NCBI RefSeq assembly: GCF_000006765.1
Contig: NC_002516.2
DNA length: 64,000 nt
Reading direction: 5' to 3' (one strand)
Origin: Pseudomonas aeruginosa PAO1
GTDB taxonomy: Bacteria > Pseudomonadota > Gammaproteobacteria > Pseudomonadales > Pseudomonadaceae
The position numbers were made by a program, and so were the translations under genes. Below, one piece after another: positions 9,684 to 21,342 of this stretch. How positions within the stretch are numbered: position 1 is the first letter of the stretch; each line of letters starts with the position of its first letter. The notes below the pieces were generated by a model that did no database searches, had not been told where the DNA came from, and saw only the letters and a list, made by a program, of their open reading frames with translations.

Positions 9684-11075
9684 ATGAAGCCTACCCTCCC
9701 CGACCGCTCGCCGACGAGCCGGTCCGTCGCGTCCATGCGTGAATACTATTCGCGCGTGCTGGCCTATATCGCCTGTGGCGCCAGCATCGCGGCGGGAACC
9801 TACACCCAGTATTTCAGCTACGGCATCCTCTGGATGGTGCCCTATGCGCTGCTCTACCCGCACCTGGCGTACCACCTCGGCCAGCGCTTCCGCCAGCACG
9901 ACCCGCGCAAGGTGACCCGCGCCCTGCTCGCGGTCGACGCCGTGCACTGTGGCCTGGGCATGGCGCTGCTCGGCTTCTCCGTGGTGCCCAGCCTGATGTT
10001 CCTGCTGGTGCTGAGCTTCACCGCACTGGTCATCGGCGGCCTGCGCCTGCTCGGCATGGCCTTGCTGGTATCGGCCAGCAGCGCCCTGCTGGTCGCCGTG
10101 CTCGTCGCCCCGCCGCTGCTGGGCAATACCCCGGTCGAGGTGGCCGCGGTCAGCATCCTGTTCTGCGGACTGTACATCTGCATCACCGCCTTCTTCGGCC
10201 ACCAGCAGGGCCTGCGCCTGGCCCAGGTGCGCCAGGAGATCGCCCGCGAGCAGGAAAAGGCCGCGCGGCTCGCGCGCAACCTGGCCAAGTACCTGTCGCC
10301 GCAGGTCTGGGAAATGATCTTCAGCGGCAAGAAGAGCGTGCGCCTGGAAACCCAGCGCAAGAAGCTCACCGTGTTCTTCTCCGACATCCGCGGCTTCACC
10401 GAGCTATCCGAGGAACTGGAAGCCGAGGCCCTGACCGACCTGCTCAACAACTACCTCAACGAAATGTCGAAGATCGCCCTCAAGTACGGCGGCACCATCG
10501 ACAAGTTCGTCGGCGACTGCGTCATGGTGTTCTTCGGCGACCCCAGCACCCAGGGCGCGAAGAAGGACGCGGTGGCTGCGGTATCGATGGGCATCGCCAT
10601 GCGCAAGCACATGAAGGTGCTGCGCCAGCAGTGGCGGGCCCAGGGCATCACCAAGCCGCTGGAAATCCGCATGGGCATCAACACCGGCTATTGCACGGTG
10701 GGCAACTTCGGCGCCGACACGCGCATGGACTACACCATCATCGGCCGCGAGGTGAACCTCGCCAGCCGCCTGGAAAGCGCCTCGGAAGCCGGCGAAATCC
10801 TCATTTCCCACGAGACCTACTCGCTGATCAAGGACGTGATCATGTGCCGCGACAAGGGCCAGATCGCGGTCAAGGGCTTCAGCCGCCCGGTGCAGATCTA
10901 CCAGGTGGTGGACTCGCGCCGCGACCTCGGCGCCGCGCCCAGCTACGTCGAGCACGAATTGCCCGGCTTCTCCATGTACCTGGACACCAACAACATCCAG
11001 AACTACGACAAGGAACGGGTCATCCAGGCCCTGCAACAGGCCGCCGAACGCCTGCGCGACAAGGTCATCCTCTAA
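9684..11075 (+). CDS. cyaB: Class III membrane adenylate cyclase
   Basis: MASE2-like TM region; FFSDIRGFT, IDKFVGD, DYTIIGREVNLASRLE; 463 aa from ATG 9684. Confidence 0.95.
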   Translation: MKPTLPDRSPTSRSVASMREYYSRVLAYIACGASIAAGTYTQYFSYGILWMVPYALLYPHLAYHLGQRFRQHDPRKVTRALLAVDAVHCGLGMALLGFSVVPSLMFLLVLSFTALVIGGLRLLGMALLVSASSALLVAVLVAPPLLGNTPVEVAAVSILFCGLYICITAFFGHQQGLRLAQVRQEIAREQEKAARLARNLAKYLSPQVWEMIFSGKKSVRLETQRKKLTVFFSDIRGFTELSEELEAEALTDLLNNYLNEMSKIALKYGGTIDKFVGDCVMVFFGDPSTQGAKKDAVAAVSMGIAMRKHMKVLRQQWRAQGITKPLEIRMGINTGYCTVGNFGADTRMDYTIIGREVNLASRLESASEAGEILISHETYSLIKDVIMCRDKGQIAVKGFSRPVQIYQVVDSRRDLGAAPSYVEHELPGFSMYLDTNNIQNYDKERVIQALQQAAERLRDKVIL

Positions 11076-12120
11076 GTTCGTCGAACGCCGCCGGCAGTTC
11101 GTCGCGCCATTCCGGCGCAGTCCGTGGGCCGCTCGCCTGCAGCGCCAGGAACTCCTCCGCCGAAACCCGCCAGGACTGCTCCCGCGCCCAGCGCCCGCAG
11201 GCCTGGCGATCCAGCGCCAGCGCCTGGCGGCAGGCTTCGCCAAGATCCTCGTGCATGACCCCGGTCACGCCCTGCTGCAATACATCCAGCGGCCCCGGCA
11301 CGGCGAAGGCCGCCACCGGCACGCCACAGGCCAGGGCTTCGAGCATCACCAGGCCATAGGTATCGGTCAGCGAGGGGAACACCAGCACCGAGGCCGCCCG
11401 GTAGGCGTCGGCCAGCGCGCGGCCATGGCGGTAGCCGAGAAAACGCGCCTGTGGATAGCGCTGCTCCAGCGCCGCCCGCTGCGGGCCGTCGCCCACCAGC
11501 CATTTTTCGCCCGGCAGTTCGAGATCGAGGAACGCCTCCAGGTTCTTTTCCGTCGCCAGCCGCCCGACATACAGGAACACCGGCGGCCGCTCTTTCGCCG
11601 GAGGTGTCTCGGCGGGATGGAACAGTTCGGTATCGACGCCCTTGCGCCACAGCCGCAGGTGCTGGAAGCGCCAGGCGCAGAACTCGTCGCGCAGGCGCGG
11701 GGTGCTCACCAGCACCGCCCGGCTCGGCCGATGGAAGGTGCGCAGGAAGGCATAGCCCCAGGACAACGGCAGCCACGGACAGCGGTCACGCAGGTATTCG
11801 GGAAAGCGCGTATGGATCGCCGAGGTGAAGTCCAGGCCGCGCTTGCCCAGCCAGCGCCGCGCGGCCCAGCCGAGCGGCCCCTCGGTGGCCAGGTGCACGG
11901 CATCCGGGGCGAAGGCCTCGATCAACCCGCCGAGGCGCCAGAGGTTCCAGGCCAGGGGGATTTCCGGATAGCTGGGACAGGGCAGGCAGCGGAAGTCGGC
12001 GGGCGACAGCACCCGTACCTGGTGGCCCAGCAGTTCCAGCTCGCGCTGCAGGGCCAGCAGGCTGGTGACGACTCCGTTGACTTGCGGTAACCAGGCGTCG
12101 CTGACGATCAATAGCCTCAT
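11065..12120 (-). CDS. agt1: GT4 glycosyltransferase (glycolipid synthase of phosphate-starvation lipid remodelling)
   Basis: DAWLPQVNGV, YVGRLATEKNL, DTYGLVMLEALACG; ATGA-coupled to plcP; overlaps cyaB 3' end by 11 bp. Confidence 0.85.
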   Translation of the reverse strand: MRLLIVSDAWLPQVNGVVTSLLALQRELELLGHQVRVLSPADFRCLPCPSYPEIPLAWNLWRLGGLIEAFAPDAVHLATEGPLGWAARRWLGKRGLDFTSAIHTRFPEYLRDRCPWLPLSWGYAFLRTFHRPSRAVLVSTPRLRDEFCAWRFQHLRLWRKGVDTELFHPAETPPAKERPPVFLYVGRLATEKNLEAFLDLELPGEKWLVGDGPQRAALEQRYPQARFLGYRHGRALADAYRAASVLVFPSLTDTYGLVMLEALACGVPVAAFAVPGPLDVLQQGVTGVMHEDLGEACRQALALDRQACGRWAREQSWRVSAEEFLALQASGPRTAPEWRDELPAAFDELRG

Positions 12121-12929
12121 GCCGCCGGCTCGACCGCCGCGGCCTGCGCCGCCAGCCGCGCCTGCTCCTCGGCCAGGCGGTAGAGCTGGATGCTGCCGTC
12201 CCAGTGTTCGATCAGCGCCGTGCAGGACTCCACCCAGTCGCCGCAGTTGAGGTAATCGACGCCCTCGATGCGGCGGATCTCGGCATGGTGGATGTGCCCG
12301 CAGACCACCCCGTCGAGCCCGCGCTTGTGGCACTCGTGGGCGATGGCTTCCTCGAAGTCGCTGATGAAGTTCACCGCGGTCTTGACCTTGTGCTTGAGGT
12401 ACGCCGACAGCGACCAGTAGCCGTAGCCCCAGCGCCGCCGCCAGTGGTTCAGCCAACGGTTGAGGAGCAGGGTGAACTCGTAGGCGGAATCGCCGAGGAA
12501 CGCCAGCCAGCGGTGGTAGCGGGTGATCACGTCGAACTGGTCGCCGTGTATCACCAGCAGCTTGCGGCCGTCGGCGGTACTGTGCACCGCCTCGTCGACC
12601 AGGCGGATGTTGCCGAGGATCAGGCTCGAATAGCGGCGCAGGAATTCGTCATGGTTGCCAGTGACGTAGATCACCTCGGTGCCGCGCTTGCTCAGGGTGA
12701 GCAGGCGGCGGATCACGTTGGTGTGCGCCTGCGGCCAGTAGATGCCGCCGCGCAGCTTCCAGCCGTCGATGATGTCGCCCACCAGGTAGATGCGATCGGC
12801 GTGGTAGCGCTTGAGGAACGCCGCCAGGTGTTCGGCCTGGCAATCCCGCGTCCCCAGGTGGACATCCGAGATCCACAGGGTCCGGACCCGCTGCTTGCGG
12901 TTCGAGGTGAAGCGTTGCGCGGTGCTCAT
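12117..12929 (-). CDS. plcP: PlcP/LpxH2-type metallophosphoesterase (phospholipase C)
   Basis: SDVHLG, GDIID, GNHD, HGD, CGHIH motifs; paired with a GT4 gene and Pho boxes. Confidence 0.85.
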   Translation of the reverse strand: MSTAQRFTSNRKQRVRTLWISDVHLGTRDCQAEHLAAFLKRYHADRIYLVGDIIDGWKLRGGIYWPQAHTNVIRRLLTLSKRGTEVIYVTGNHDEFLRRYSSLILGNIRLVDEAVHSTADGRKLLVIHGDQFDVITRYHRWLAFLGDSAYEFTLLLNRWLNHWRRRWGYGYWSLSAYLKHKVKTAVNFISDFEEAIAHECHKRGLDGVVCGHIHHAEIRRIEGVDYLNCGDWVESCTALIEHWDGSIQLYRLAEEQARLAAQAAAVEPAA

Positions 12930-12972
12930 CGGCGGGTCTCCGACGGTGTTTTTCCGATCTTGGCCGGCGCCG

Positions 12973-13012
12973 GTGAAACGACTGTGACAGGCCGGCGACC
13001 GTTGCGTGACAG
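12973..13012 (-). promoter_or_regulatory. Tandem PhoB boxes (four half-sites at 11-bp period)
   Basis: Minus strand CTGTCAC-GCAA-CGGTCGC-CGGC-CTGTCAC-AGTC-GTTTCAC against half-site consensus CTGTCAT. Confidence 0.8.
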
Positions 13013-13075
13013 GGCCCGGCTGTCTGTCGCCGGCGCCAGCGGGTAGACTGGGCGCCTGCCTCCGGGAGCTTCGCC

Positions 13076-13840
13076 ATGGGTTCGATCCTTTCCCTGCGCC
13101 ACTACAGCCACGACCAGATCGTCCACAGCCATGACCATGCCCAATTGGTCCTGGGCCTCAGCGGCTGCCTCGACTTCGAGGTCGAGGGGCGCGGCAGCCG
13201 CGTGTTGCGGCAGACCTTCGCGGTGGTTCCGGCGCAAGCCCGGCATGCCTGCTCGAGTCCCTCCGGCAGCCGCTGCCTGGTCCTCGACCTGCCCTGCGAC
13301 GGCAGCCTGCTGCTGGGCCTGGGCGAACACGCCGAAGCCGGCAGGCGGCTGTTCGAGCGACCGCAGGCGCTGTCGCTGACGCCCGCCCAGGGCCAACTGG
13401 TGAACTGGCTGGCCAGCGGCCCGATCAACGACCCGGTGATCGCCCACCAGGGCGCCGGCCTGCTCCTCGCCAGCCTGGCCAGCGAGCGCCAGCCGCCGCG
13501 CCAGCAGCCCCGCCTGCCACTGGCCAGCCTCGACGCCTACCTCGACCGCCATGCCGCCCATCCGCTACAGGTAGCCGACCTGGCGCGGCTGGCCGGTCTT
13601 TCGGTGGCGCGCTTCCACAGCCTGTTCCTCGCCGAGACCGGACAGACGCCCATGGACTACGCGCGCAGCCGACGCCTGCACCAGGCCCACGAACTGTTGC
13701 TGGAGAGCAGCCTGGCGGTGGGCGAGATCGCCGCCCGGGTCGGCTACGCCTCGCAGAGCGCCTTCACCGCAGCGCTGGTCCGCGAGTTCGGCGTCACCCC
13801 GCGACAACTGCGTCGCGAGTCCCGCGACAAAACCGGCTAG
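13076..13840 (+). CDS. AraC-family regulator (cupin sensor)
   Basis: HSHDHAQLV cupin segment; VGYASQSAFTAALVREFGVTP HTH. Confidence 0.9.
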   Translation: MGSILSLRHYSHDQIVHSHDHAQLVLGLSGCLDFEVEGRGSRVLRQTFAVVPAQARHACSSPSGSRCLVLDLPCDGSLLLGLGEHAEAGRRLFERPQALSLTPAQGQLVNWLASGPINDPVIAHQGAGLLLASLASERQPPRQQPRLPLASLDAYLDRHAAHPLQVADLARLAGLSVARFHSLFLAETGQTPMDYARSRRLHQAHELLLESSLAVGEIAARVGYASQSAFTAALVREFGVTPRQLRRESRDKTG

Positions 13841-13904
13841 CCGCACGACAGACAAATCCGTCACGACTCCTTACTCTCTGCCCATCGACAGAACAGGAGT
13901 CAGC

Positions 13905-14240
13905 ATGGACATCATCGAATGGCAGGATTTCGAACGCGTCGAACTGCGCGTCGGCACCATCCTCAGCGCCGCTCCCAACCCCAAGGCACGCAAACCCGCC
14001 TATGTCCTCGAGGTCGACCTCGGACCGCTCGGCCTGCGCACCTCCAGCGCGCAACTGACCGCACACTACCAGGCCGAGCAACTGGTCGGACGCCAGGTCC
14101 TCTGCGTCTGCAACTTCGCTCCGAAGCAGATCGCCGGGGTGCGCTCGGAGGTCCTGGTCACCGGGGTCTACGATAGCGAGGACAAGGTGGTCCTGGCCGG
14201 CTTCGACAAGCCCCTGCCCAACGGTGCGCGCCTGGCCTGA
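13905..14240 (+). CDS. csaA: CsaA/Trbp111 OB-fold chaperone, tRNA-binding
   Basis: ELRVGTI, SSAQLT, CNFAPKQIAG..SEVL motifs. Confidence 0.9.
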   Translation: MDIIEWQDFERVELRVGTILSAAPNPKARKPAYVLEVDLGPLGLRTSSAQLTAHYQAEQLVGRQVLCVCNFAPKQIAGVRSEVLVTGVYDSEDKVVLAGFDKPLPNGARLA

Positions 14241-14249
14241 AGGATCCCC

Positions 14250-15149
14250 ATGAATCGACGTTCCGCCCTCGCCGCCCTGCACGGCGGCGCCCTCCTCTTC
14301 GGCCTGACCGGGGTGTTCGGCAAGCTGGCCAGCGCCTCCCCCGGGGTGATCGTGTTCGGTCGTGCGCTGTTCGCGGTGCTCGCCCTCGGCCTCTTCGCCC
14401 GCCTCGCGGGCCAGGCCTGGCGCGCCCTGGGACCCGCGCAATGGCTGCGCCTGGCGCTCTGCGGCCTGCTCCTGGCCGGCCACTGGGTGAGTTTCTTCAT
14501 CGCCGTGAAGACCGCCGGCGTGGCCATCGCCACCCTCGGCTTCGCCAGCTTCCCGGCCTTCACGGTAATCCTCGAAGGGCTGCTCTTCCGCGAGCGCATT
14601 CATCTCGCGGAAGGACTGCTGGTGGTCCTGGTCAGCCTTGGCCTGGTGCTGGTCACGCCGAACTTCGACCTCGCCAGCGGCGCCACCCTCGGCCTGCTCT
14701 GGGCGATCCTTTCCGGCCTGCTGTTCGCCCTGCTGTCGCTGGCCAACCGTAGCAACAGCGGGCAGGTCGGCCCGGTGCAGGCAGCGCTCTGGCAGAACCT
14801 GGTAGTCGCCCTGTGCCTGCTGCCATTCGCGGTCAGCGAACTACCGGCGCTACCCGCTCTCGACTGGCTCTGGCTGGCCCTGCTGGGCGTCTTCTGCACC
14901 GGCCTGGCGCACAGCCTGTTCGTGGCCAGCCTGGCGGTGGTCAAGGCCCGCACCGCGGCACTGGTATTCGCCCTGGAGCCGGTCTACGGGATCGCCTTCG
15001 CCTGGCTGCTGTTCCATGAGACGCCGGGGCCGCGGATGTTCCTCGGCGGTGCCCTGATCATCCTCGCCATCGTGCTGTCGGCGCGCCTCGGTGCACGGGG
15101 CAGGAAAACCGCAGTCGGCGACGAACGAGGCGATCCCGAGCGCGCCTGA
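14250..15149 (+). CDS. EamA/DMT transporter
   Basis: About 10 TM helices in two repeats; ALEPVYGI motif. Confidence 0.85.
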   Translation: MNRRSALAALHGGALLFGLTGVFGKLASASPGVIVFGRALFAVLALGLFARLAGQAWRALGPAQWLRLALCGLLLAGHWVSFFIAVKTAGVAIATLGFASFPAFTVILEGLLFRERIHLAEGLLVVLVSLGLVLVTPNFDLASGATLGLLWAILSGLLFALLSLANRSNSGQVGPVQAALWQNLVVALCLLPFAVSELPALPALDWLWLALLGVFCTGLAHSLFVASLAVVKARTAALVFALEPVYGIAFAWLLFHETPGPRMFLGGALIILAIVLSARLGARGRKTAVGDERGDPERA

Positions 15150-15197
15150 ATCCGCCCCGGCCGTCACACCGGCAACCATCGAAAGTCCGCAGTGAAT

Positions 15198-15242
15198 AAA
15201 AAAACCCGGTCGAACACGCGGGGGGAAGGGGTTCGACCGGGT
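15198..15242 (-). terminator. Intrinsic terminator of azoR3 with 15-nt C-rich loop
   Basis: 12-bp stem ACCCGGTCGAAC/GTTCGACCGGGT followed by T7 on the minus strand. Confidence 0.75.
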
Positions 15243-15253
15243 GCTGCGTCCAA

Positions 15254-15895
15254 TCACCGGAGCGTTGGCAGAGGGACGCAAAGGGAGGTGTCGGTTTCCA
15301 GCGCCTGCCGCATCCGCTCACGGGCTCGCGCCAGGCCTTTCTCACGGAATTCCGGGCCCATGTTCATGCCCTCCGCGTGGATGAAGGTGACGTCGTGGAT
15401 GCCGACGAAGCCCAGCACCTGGCGCAGATAGGGTTCCTGGTGATCGAGACCACCGCCGGCGTAGATCCCGCCGCGGGCGGTGAGAACGAAGGCGCGCTTG
15501 CCCTGTAGCAGGCCTTCCGGCCCCTGCTCGGCGTAACGGAAGGTCAGGCCGGCGCGCAGCACATGGTCGAACCAGCTCTTCAGGCTGCTGGGAATGGCGA
15601 AGTTGTACATCGGTGCCGCCAGCACCAGCACGTCCGCCATCCGCAACTCCTCGGTCAGGCGATTGGAACGCTCGAGGGCGCGCCTTTCCGCAGCGCTATG
15701 GCCATCACAGGGGGTGGTCCAGGCTCCCAGCAATAATTCATCGAGGTGCGGCAGCGGCTCGCGCGCCAGGTCGCGAACCTGGAAGCGATCAGCGGGATGC
15801 GCGATTTTCCAGTGGGAGATGAATTCCGCCGTCAGCAGGCGGGAAACCGAGCCCCGTTGGCGGGCACTGCTCTCGATAACCAGGACACGGGACAT
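15254..15895 (-). CDS. azoR3: FMN-dependent NADH-azoreductase
   Basis: IESSAR, PMYNFAIPSSLKSWFD, ARGG motifs; 213 aa from MSRVLV. Confidence 0.9.
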   Translation of the reverse strand: MSRVLVIESSARQRGSVSRLLTAEFISHWKIAHPADRFQVRDLAREPLPHLDELLLGAWTTPCDGHSAAERRALERSNRLTEELRMADVLVLAAPMYNFAIPSSLKSWFDHVLRAGLTFRYAEQGPEGLLQGKRAFVLTARGGIYAGGGLDHQEPYLRQVLGFVGIHDVTFIHAEGMNMGPEFREKGLARARERMRQALETDTSLCVPLPTLR

Positions 15896-15985
15896 GACTC
15901 GACCTCCACCCACTGCGCTACAACGATGGAGGTGAGGGTAGAGAATGATTAATCGATTAAAAAGTTGAAAAAACCGCTGTTAAAT

Positions 15986-16000
15986 ATCGACCAGGTTGAT
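15986..16000 (-). promoter_or_regulatory. LysR-type operator (ATC-N9-GAT)
   Basis: Minus strand ATCAACCTGGTCGAT in the AT-rich region upstream of azoR3. Confidence 0.5.
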
Positions 16001-16041
16001 TTATAAACAGGCACCACCTAGTCTTTCGGTGAGAGAACGCT

Positions 16042-16359
16042 CTATTTCGCGATCTTGCAGGTCAGCTTGATCCGCAACTTGATGATGTCGCGGCCGAATT
16101 GCGCGGTGAAGTTGCTGTTCTGCCCGGGCTGGATCACGCCCTTGCGCACTTTCGGGGTCTCCGGGCCGTTGCGGAACACCGCCGTGCACTCTGCCGCCTG
16201 GCCTCCCAGGTTGGTGAGAAGGATCGCGCCCATGTCGCGCCCGATGTCCTGGGTGCTGTAGGAGACCTCGGTGCCGTTGAGTTGCGGGTCGACCTCGATC
16301 GGATAGGCGAAAGCGGACAGGGGCAGCAGCGATAGTGCGAAACAGCAAAGCCTTTTCAT
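16042..16359 (-). CDS. Small exported protein of unknown function
   Basis: Signal peptide MKRLCCFALSLLPLSAFA; two Cys; beta-rich. Confidence 0.8.
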   Translation of the reverse strand: MKRLCCFALSLLPLSAFAYPIEVDPQLNGTEVSYSTQDIGRDMGAILLTNLGGQAAECTAVFRNGPETPKVRKGVIQPGQNSNFTAQFGRDIIKLRIKLTCKIAK

Positions 16360-16558
16360 GGCCGGACTCCCGGTAGCGACAGATGGAAAAATGGCAACAC
16401 CCTGAAAACCACGGCATCCCGTACGTCAAGAGAATGGACAGCTACCCCGTACAGGACGCCGACGACACGATAAGCGAAGTCGCCCCTCCGGCGCACTCGT
16501 CATCGCCTGCCGGCCGCGGAAACGCCGGCGAGGCATCCCTGCATTCGAGGAGGCGGAA

Positions 16559-17488
16559 ATGAAAGCGCCACGCGTAACCCTGGACCAATGGCGGACCCTG
16601 CAGGCGGTGGTCGACCACGGCGGCTTCGCCCAGGCCGCGGAAGCCCTGCACCGCTCGCAATCGTCGATCAGCTATACCGTGGCGCGCATGCAGGAACAGC
16701 TCGGCGTGCCGCTGCTGCGCATCGACGGACGCAAGGCGGTGCTGACCGAGGCCGGCGAAGTATTGCTGCGCCGTTCGCGGCAACTGGTCAAGCAGGCCGG
16801 GCAACTGGAGGAGCTGGCGCACCACATGGAACAGGGCTGGGAACCCGAGGTGCGCCTGGTGGTGGACGCCGCCTACCCCACCGCGCGGATCGTCCGCTCG
16901 CTGTCCGCCTTCATGCCGCAGAGCCGCGGCTGTCGCGTGCTGCTGCGCGAGGAAGTGCTCTCCGGCGTCGAGGAAGCGCTGATCCAGGGCGCCGCCGACC
17001 TGGCGATCAGCGGCCTGATCATTCCCGGCCACCTCGGCGCCGACCTCAGCGTGGTCGAGTTCGTCGCCGTGGCCCACCCCGACCATCCGCTGCACCGCCT
17101 GCAACGCGAACTGACCCACCAGGACCTGGAAACCCAGATGCAGGTGGTGATCCGCGACAGCGGCCGGCTACAGCCGCGCGACCACGGCTGGCTGGGCGCC
17201 GAACAGCGCTGGACGGTGGGCAGCCTGGCTACCGCGGCGACCTTCGTCGGCAACGGCCTGGGCTTCGCCTGGCTGCCGCGACACATCATCGAGCGCGAAC
17301 TGCAGAGTGGCCAGCTCAAGCCGCTGCCGCTGAGCCAGGGCGGCGTGCGGCAGAGCCGCTTCTACCTCTACACCAACAAGGAAAAGCCGCTCGGCCCGGC
17401 CAGCCAGATCCTCATGGAAATGCTCAAGTCGTTCGCCAACGTACCGCTCAACGCGCCCTTCGCGGCGCCCGAACCGGCCGCCGAGTGA
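16559..17488 (+). CDS. LysR-family regulator (YhaJ-like)
   Basis: TLDQWRTLQAVVDHGGFAQAAEALHRSQSSISY HTH; QGWE motif. Confidence 0.9.
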   Translation: MKAPRVTLDQWRTLQAVVDHGGFAQAAEALHRSQSSISYTVARMQEQLGVPLLRIDGRKAVLTEAGEVLLRRSRQLVKQAGQLEELAHHMEQGWEPEVRLVVDAAYPTARIVRSLSAFMPQSRGCRVLLREEVLSGVEEALIQGAADLAISGLIIPGHLGADLSVVEFVAVAHPDHPLHRLQRELTHQDLETQMQVVIRDSGRLQPRDHGWLGAEQRWTVGSLATAATFVGNGLGFAWLPRHIIERELQSGQLKPLPLSQGGVRQSRFYLYTNKEKPLGPASQILMEMLKSFANVPLNAPFAAPEPAAE

Positions 17489-17494
17489 ACGCAG

Positions 17495-18322
17495 ATGCCT
17501 GACTTCCAGCACCGCGACTGCACCCTCGTCTACGACGACCACCCCGGTCCCACCGAGCGCGCGCCGGTCCTGCTGCTGCACGGTCTCGGTTCGAGCGCCC
17601 GCGACTGGGAATACCAGTTGCCGGCCCTGCTGGGCCGCTACCGCCTGCTGGTCCCGGACCTGCGCGGCCACGGCCGCTCCGGCAAGCCGCGCGGCGGCTA
17701 CAGCATGGCCGGCTTCGCCGAGGACTGCGCGGCGCTGCTCGACCGGCTCGGCTGCGGCCCGGTACACCTGGTCGGCATCAGCATGGGCGGGATGATCGGC
17801 TTCCAGTTGGCCTGCGACCGACCCGACCTGCTGCGCAGCCTGACCATCGTCAACAGCACTCCGGAAGTCATCCCGCGCAAGCCTCGCGAACATCTGGAGG
17901 TGGCCAAGCGCAAGCTCCTCTCGCGCCTGCTCAGCCTGCGGACCATCGGCCGCGCCCTCGGCCGGCTGTTGTTTCCCAAGGCGGAACAGGCCGGGCTGCG
18001 AGAGAAGATCGAGGCGCGCTGGGCGGAGAACGACAAGCGCGCCTACCTGGCCAGCCTCGACGCGATCATCGGCTGGGGCGTGCAGGAACGATTGGCCGAG
18101 ATCGCCTGTCCGACCCTGGTGATCAGCGCGGATCGCGACTACACGCCGGTATCGCTGAAGCAGGCCTATTGCGAGCGGATCGCCGACGCCCGCCTGGTGG
18201 TGGTGGAGGACTCCCGCCACGCCACGCCGATGGACCAACCCGAGATTTTCAACACCACCCTGCTCGGCTTCCTCGCCGATATCGATAAAACCAAGGAACA
18301 ACCATGCTCAAACGTCTCCTGA
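17495..18322 (+). CDS. Alpha/beta hydrolase
   Basis: LHGLG oxyanion segment, GISMGG nucleophile, D and H (SRHATP). Confidence 0.9.
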
Positions 18323-18867
18323 TCGCCGCCTGCACCCTGCTCTTCGCCGGTTCCCTGCTGGCCGCCACGCCTGCCGCCAAGCCGCACGTCCTGATCGCCA
18401 CCAGCCTCGGCGAGATCGAGGTAGAACTCGATCCGGCCAAGGCGCCGATCAGCGTGAAGAACTTCCTCGAGTACGTCGACAGCGGCTACTACGACGGCAC
18501 CCTGTTCCACCGCGTGATCCCGGGCTTCATGGTGCAGACCGGCGGCTTCAGCGCCGGCATGCAGGAGAAGAAGACCCGTGCACCGATCAAGAACGAGGCC
18601 GACAACGGCCTGCTCAACGAGCGCGGCACCCTCGCCATGGCCCGTACCGGAGTGGTCGATTCGGCCACCAGCCAGTTCTTCATCAACCTGACCGACAACG
18701 ACTTCCTCAACCATGGTGCCCGCGACTTCGGCTATGCCGTGTTCGGCAAGGTGGTGCGTGGCATGGGCGTGGTCGACCAGATCGCCAAGGTTCCCACCAC
18801 CCGCCGCAACGGCTTCGCCGACGTGCCGAGCGACGACGTGGTGATCCTGTCCGCCAAACGCCTCTGA
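18304..18867 (+). CDS. ppiA: Periplasmic cyclophilin PPIase
   Basis: Signal peptide; [31 protein letters not shown]. Confidence 0.95.
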
Positions 18868-18929
18868 GTCCAGCCGCAGGGGCTTGATCCGGCGGGCCCA
18901 GGACGGGCCCGCTCCAGAAGAGAGCCATC

Positions 18930-20762
<1,833 letters not shown>

Positions 20763-20846
20763 AGCCTCGGCACCGGGCGGCGGCTCGCGCCGCCCGGCTT
20801 GGGTGACCTTGTCAAAGGCTCTGCAACGGGCCTTTGCGCGGCAATC

Positions 20847-20870
20847 ATCACCGCCGTCGATCTCGACTAA
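20847..20870 (+). promoter_or_regulatory. MexT-type nod box
   Basis: ATCA-N5-GTCGAT-N4-ACTAA against the known MexT motif ATCA-N5-GTCGAT-N4-ACYAT; upstream of the DUF2790 gene. Confidence 0.7.
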
Positions 20871-21043
20871 CACGCGCTTCGATTTTTTCCGCCAGCGAAA
20901 CGGTGTTCTTATCGAACCCGTGCCCCGGCTCGATCCCGACGCCTGCCGCATCGTCCCCGTCCACCTGGCGTCGGCCACGGACGACCAAGGATGCCAGTGC
21001 TCGGTACCGGGGGTTTCGCCCCATCGCTACGGAGAATCACAGA

Positions 21044-21310
21044 ATGAAACTTGCCTCTGTCGTGTCCGCCGTCATCACCAGCCTCGCCCCCATGGCCTTC
21101 GCCCAGGACGTGGACAAGGACCCGGGCCGCGGCCTGCCGGTCGAGGAATACCACTACGGCATGCAACTGGACGTGAAGAATGTCCTGCACCGTACCGACA
21201 ATTCGACCAGGACCGGCGTAGTGCCGGTGACCGTGGTCTACGAGGACCATAGCGGCGAGCTGCACAAGATCCGCTTCCTCGAATGGGGCGGCAGCACCAG
21301 CAACGGCTGA
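21044..21310 (+). CDS. DUF2790 small exported protein
   Basis: Signal peptide; YHYGMQLDVKNV and GVVPV..YEDHSG motifs. Confidence 0.85.
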   Translation: MKLASVVSAVITSLAPMAFAQDVDKDPGRGLPVEEYHYGMQLDVKNVLHRTDNSTRTGVVPVTVVYEDHSGELHKIRFLEWGGSTSNG

Positions 21311-21342
21311 GCGGACGCCACGCCCTATCGTTCCGGCCCCCT

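Noticed and set aside
11065-12929. LpxH-like gene plus GT4 as a novel lipid A pathway
   Set aside because: Corresponds to the described PlcP/Agt1 glycolipid remodelling module.
16042-16359. Possible metabolic-enzyme assignment (proteins like this are sometimes labelled phosphoglycerate kinase)
   Set aside because: 105 aa with a signal peptide and no kinase motifs; left as unknown exported protein.
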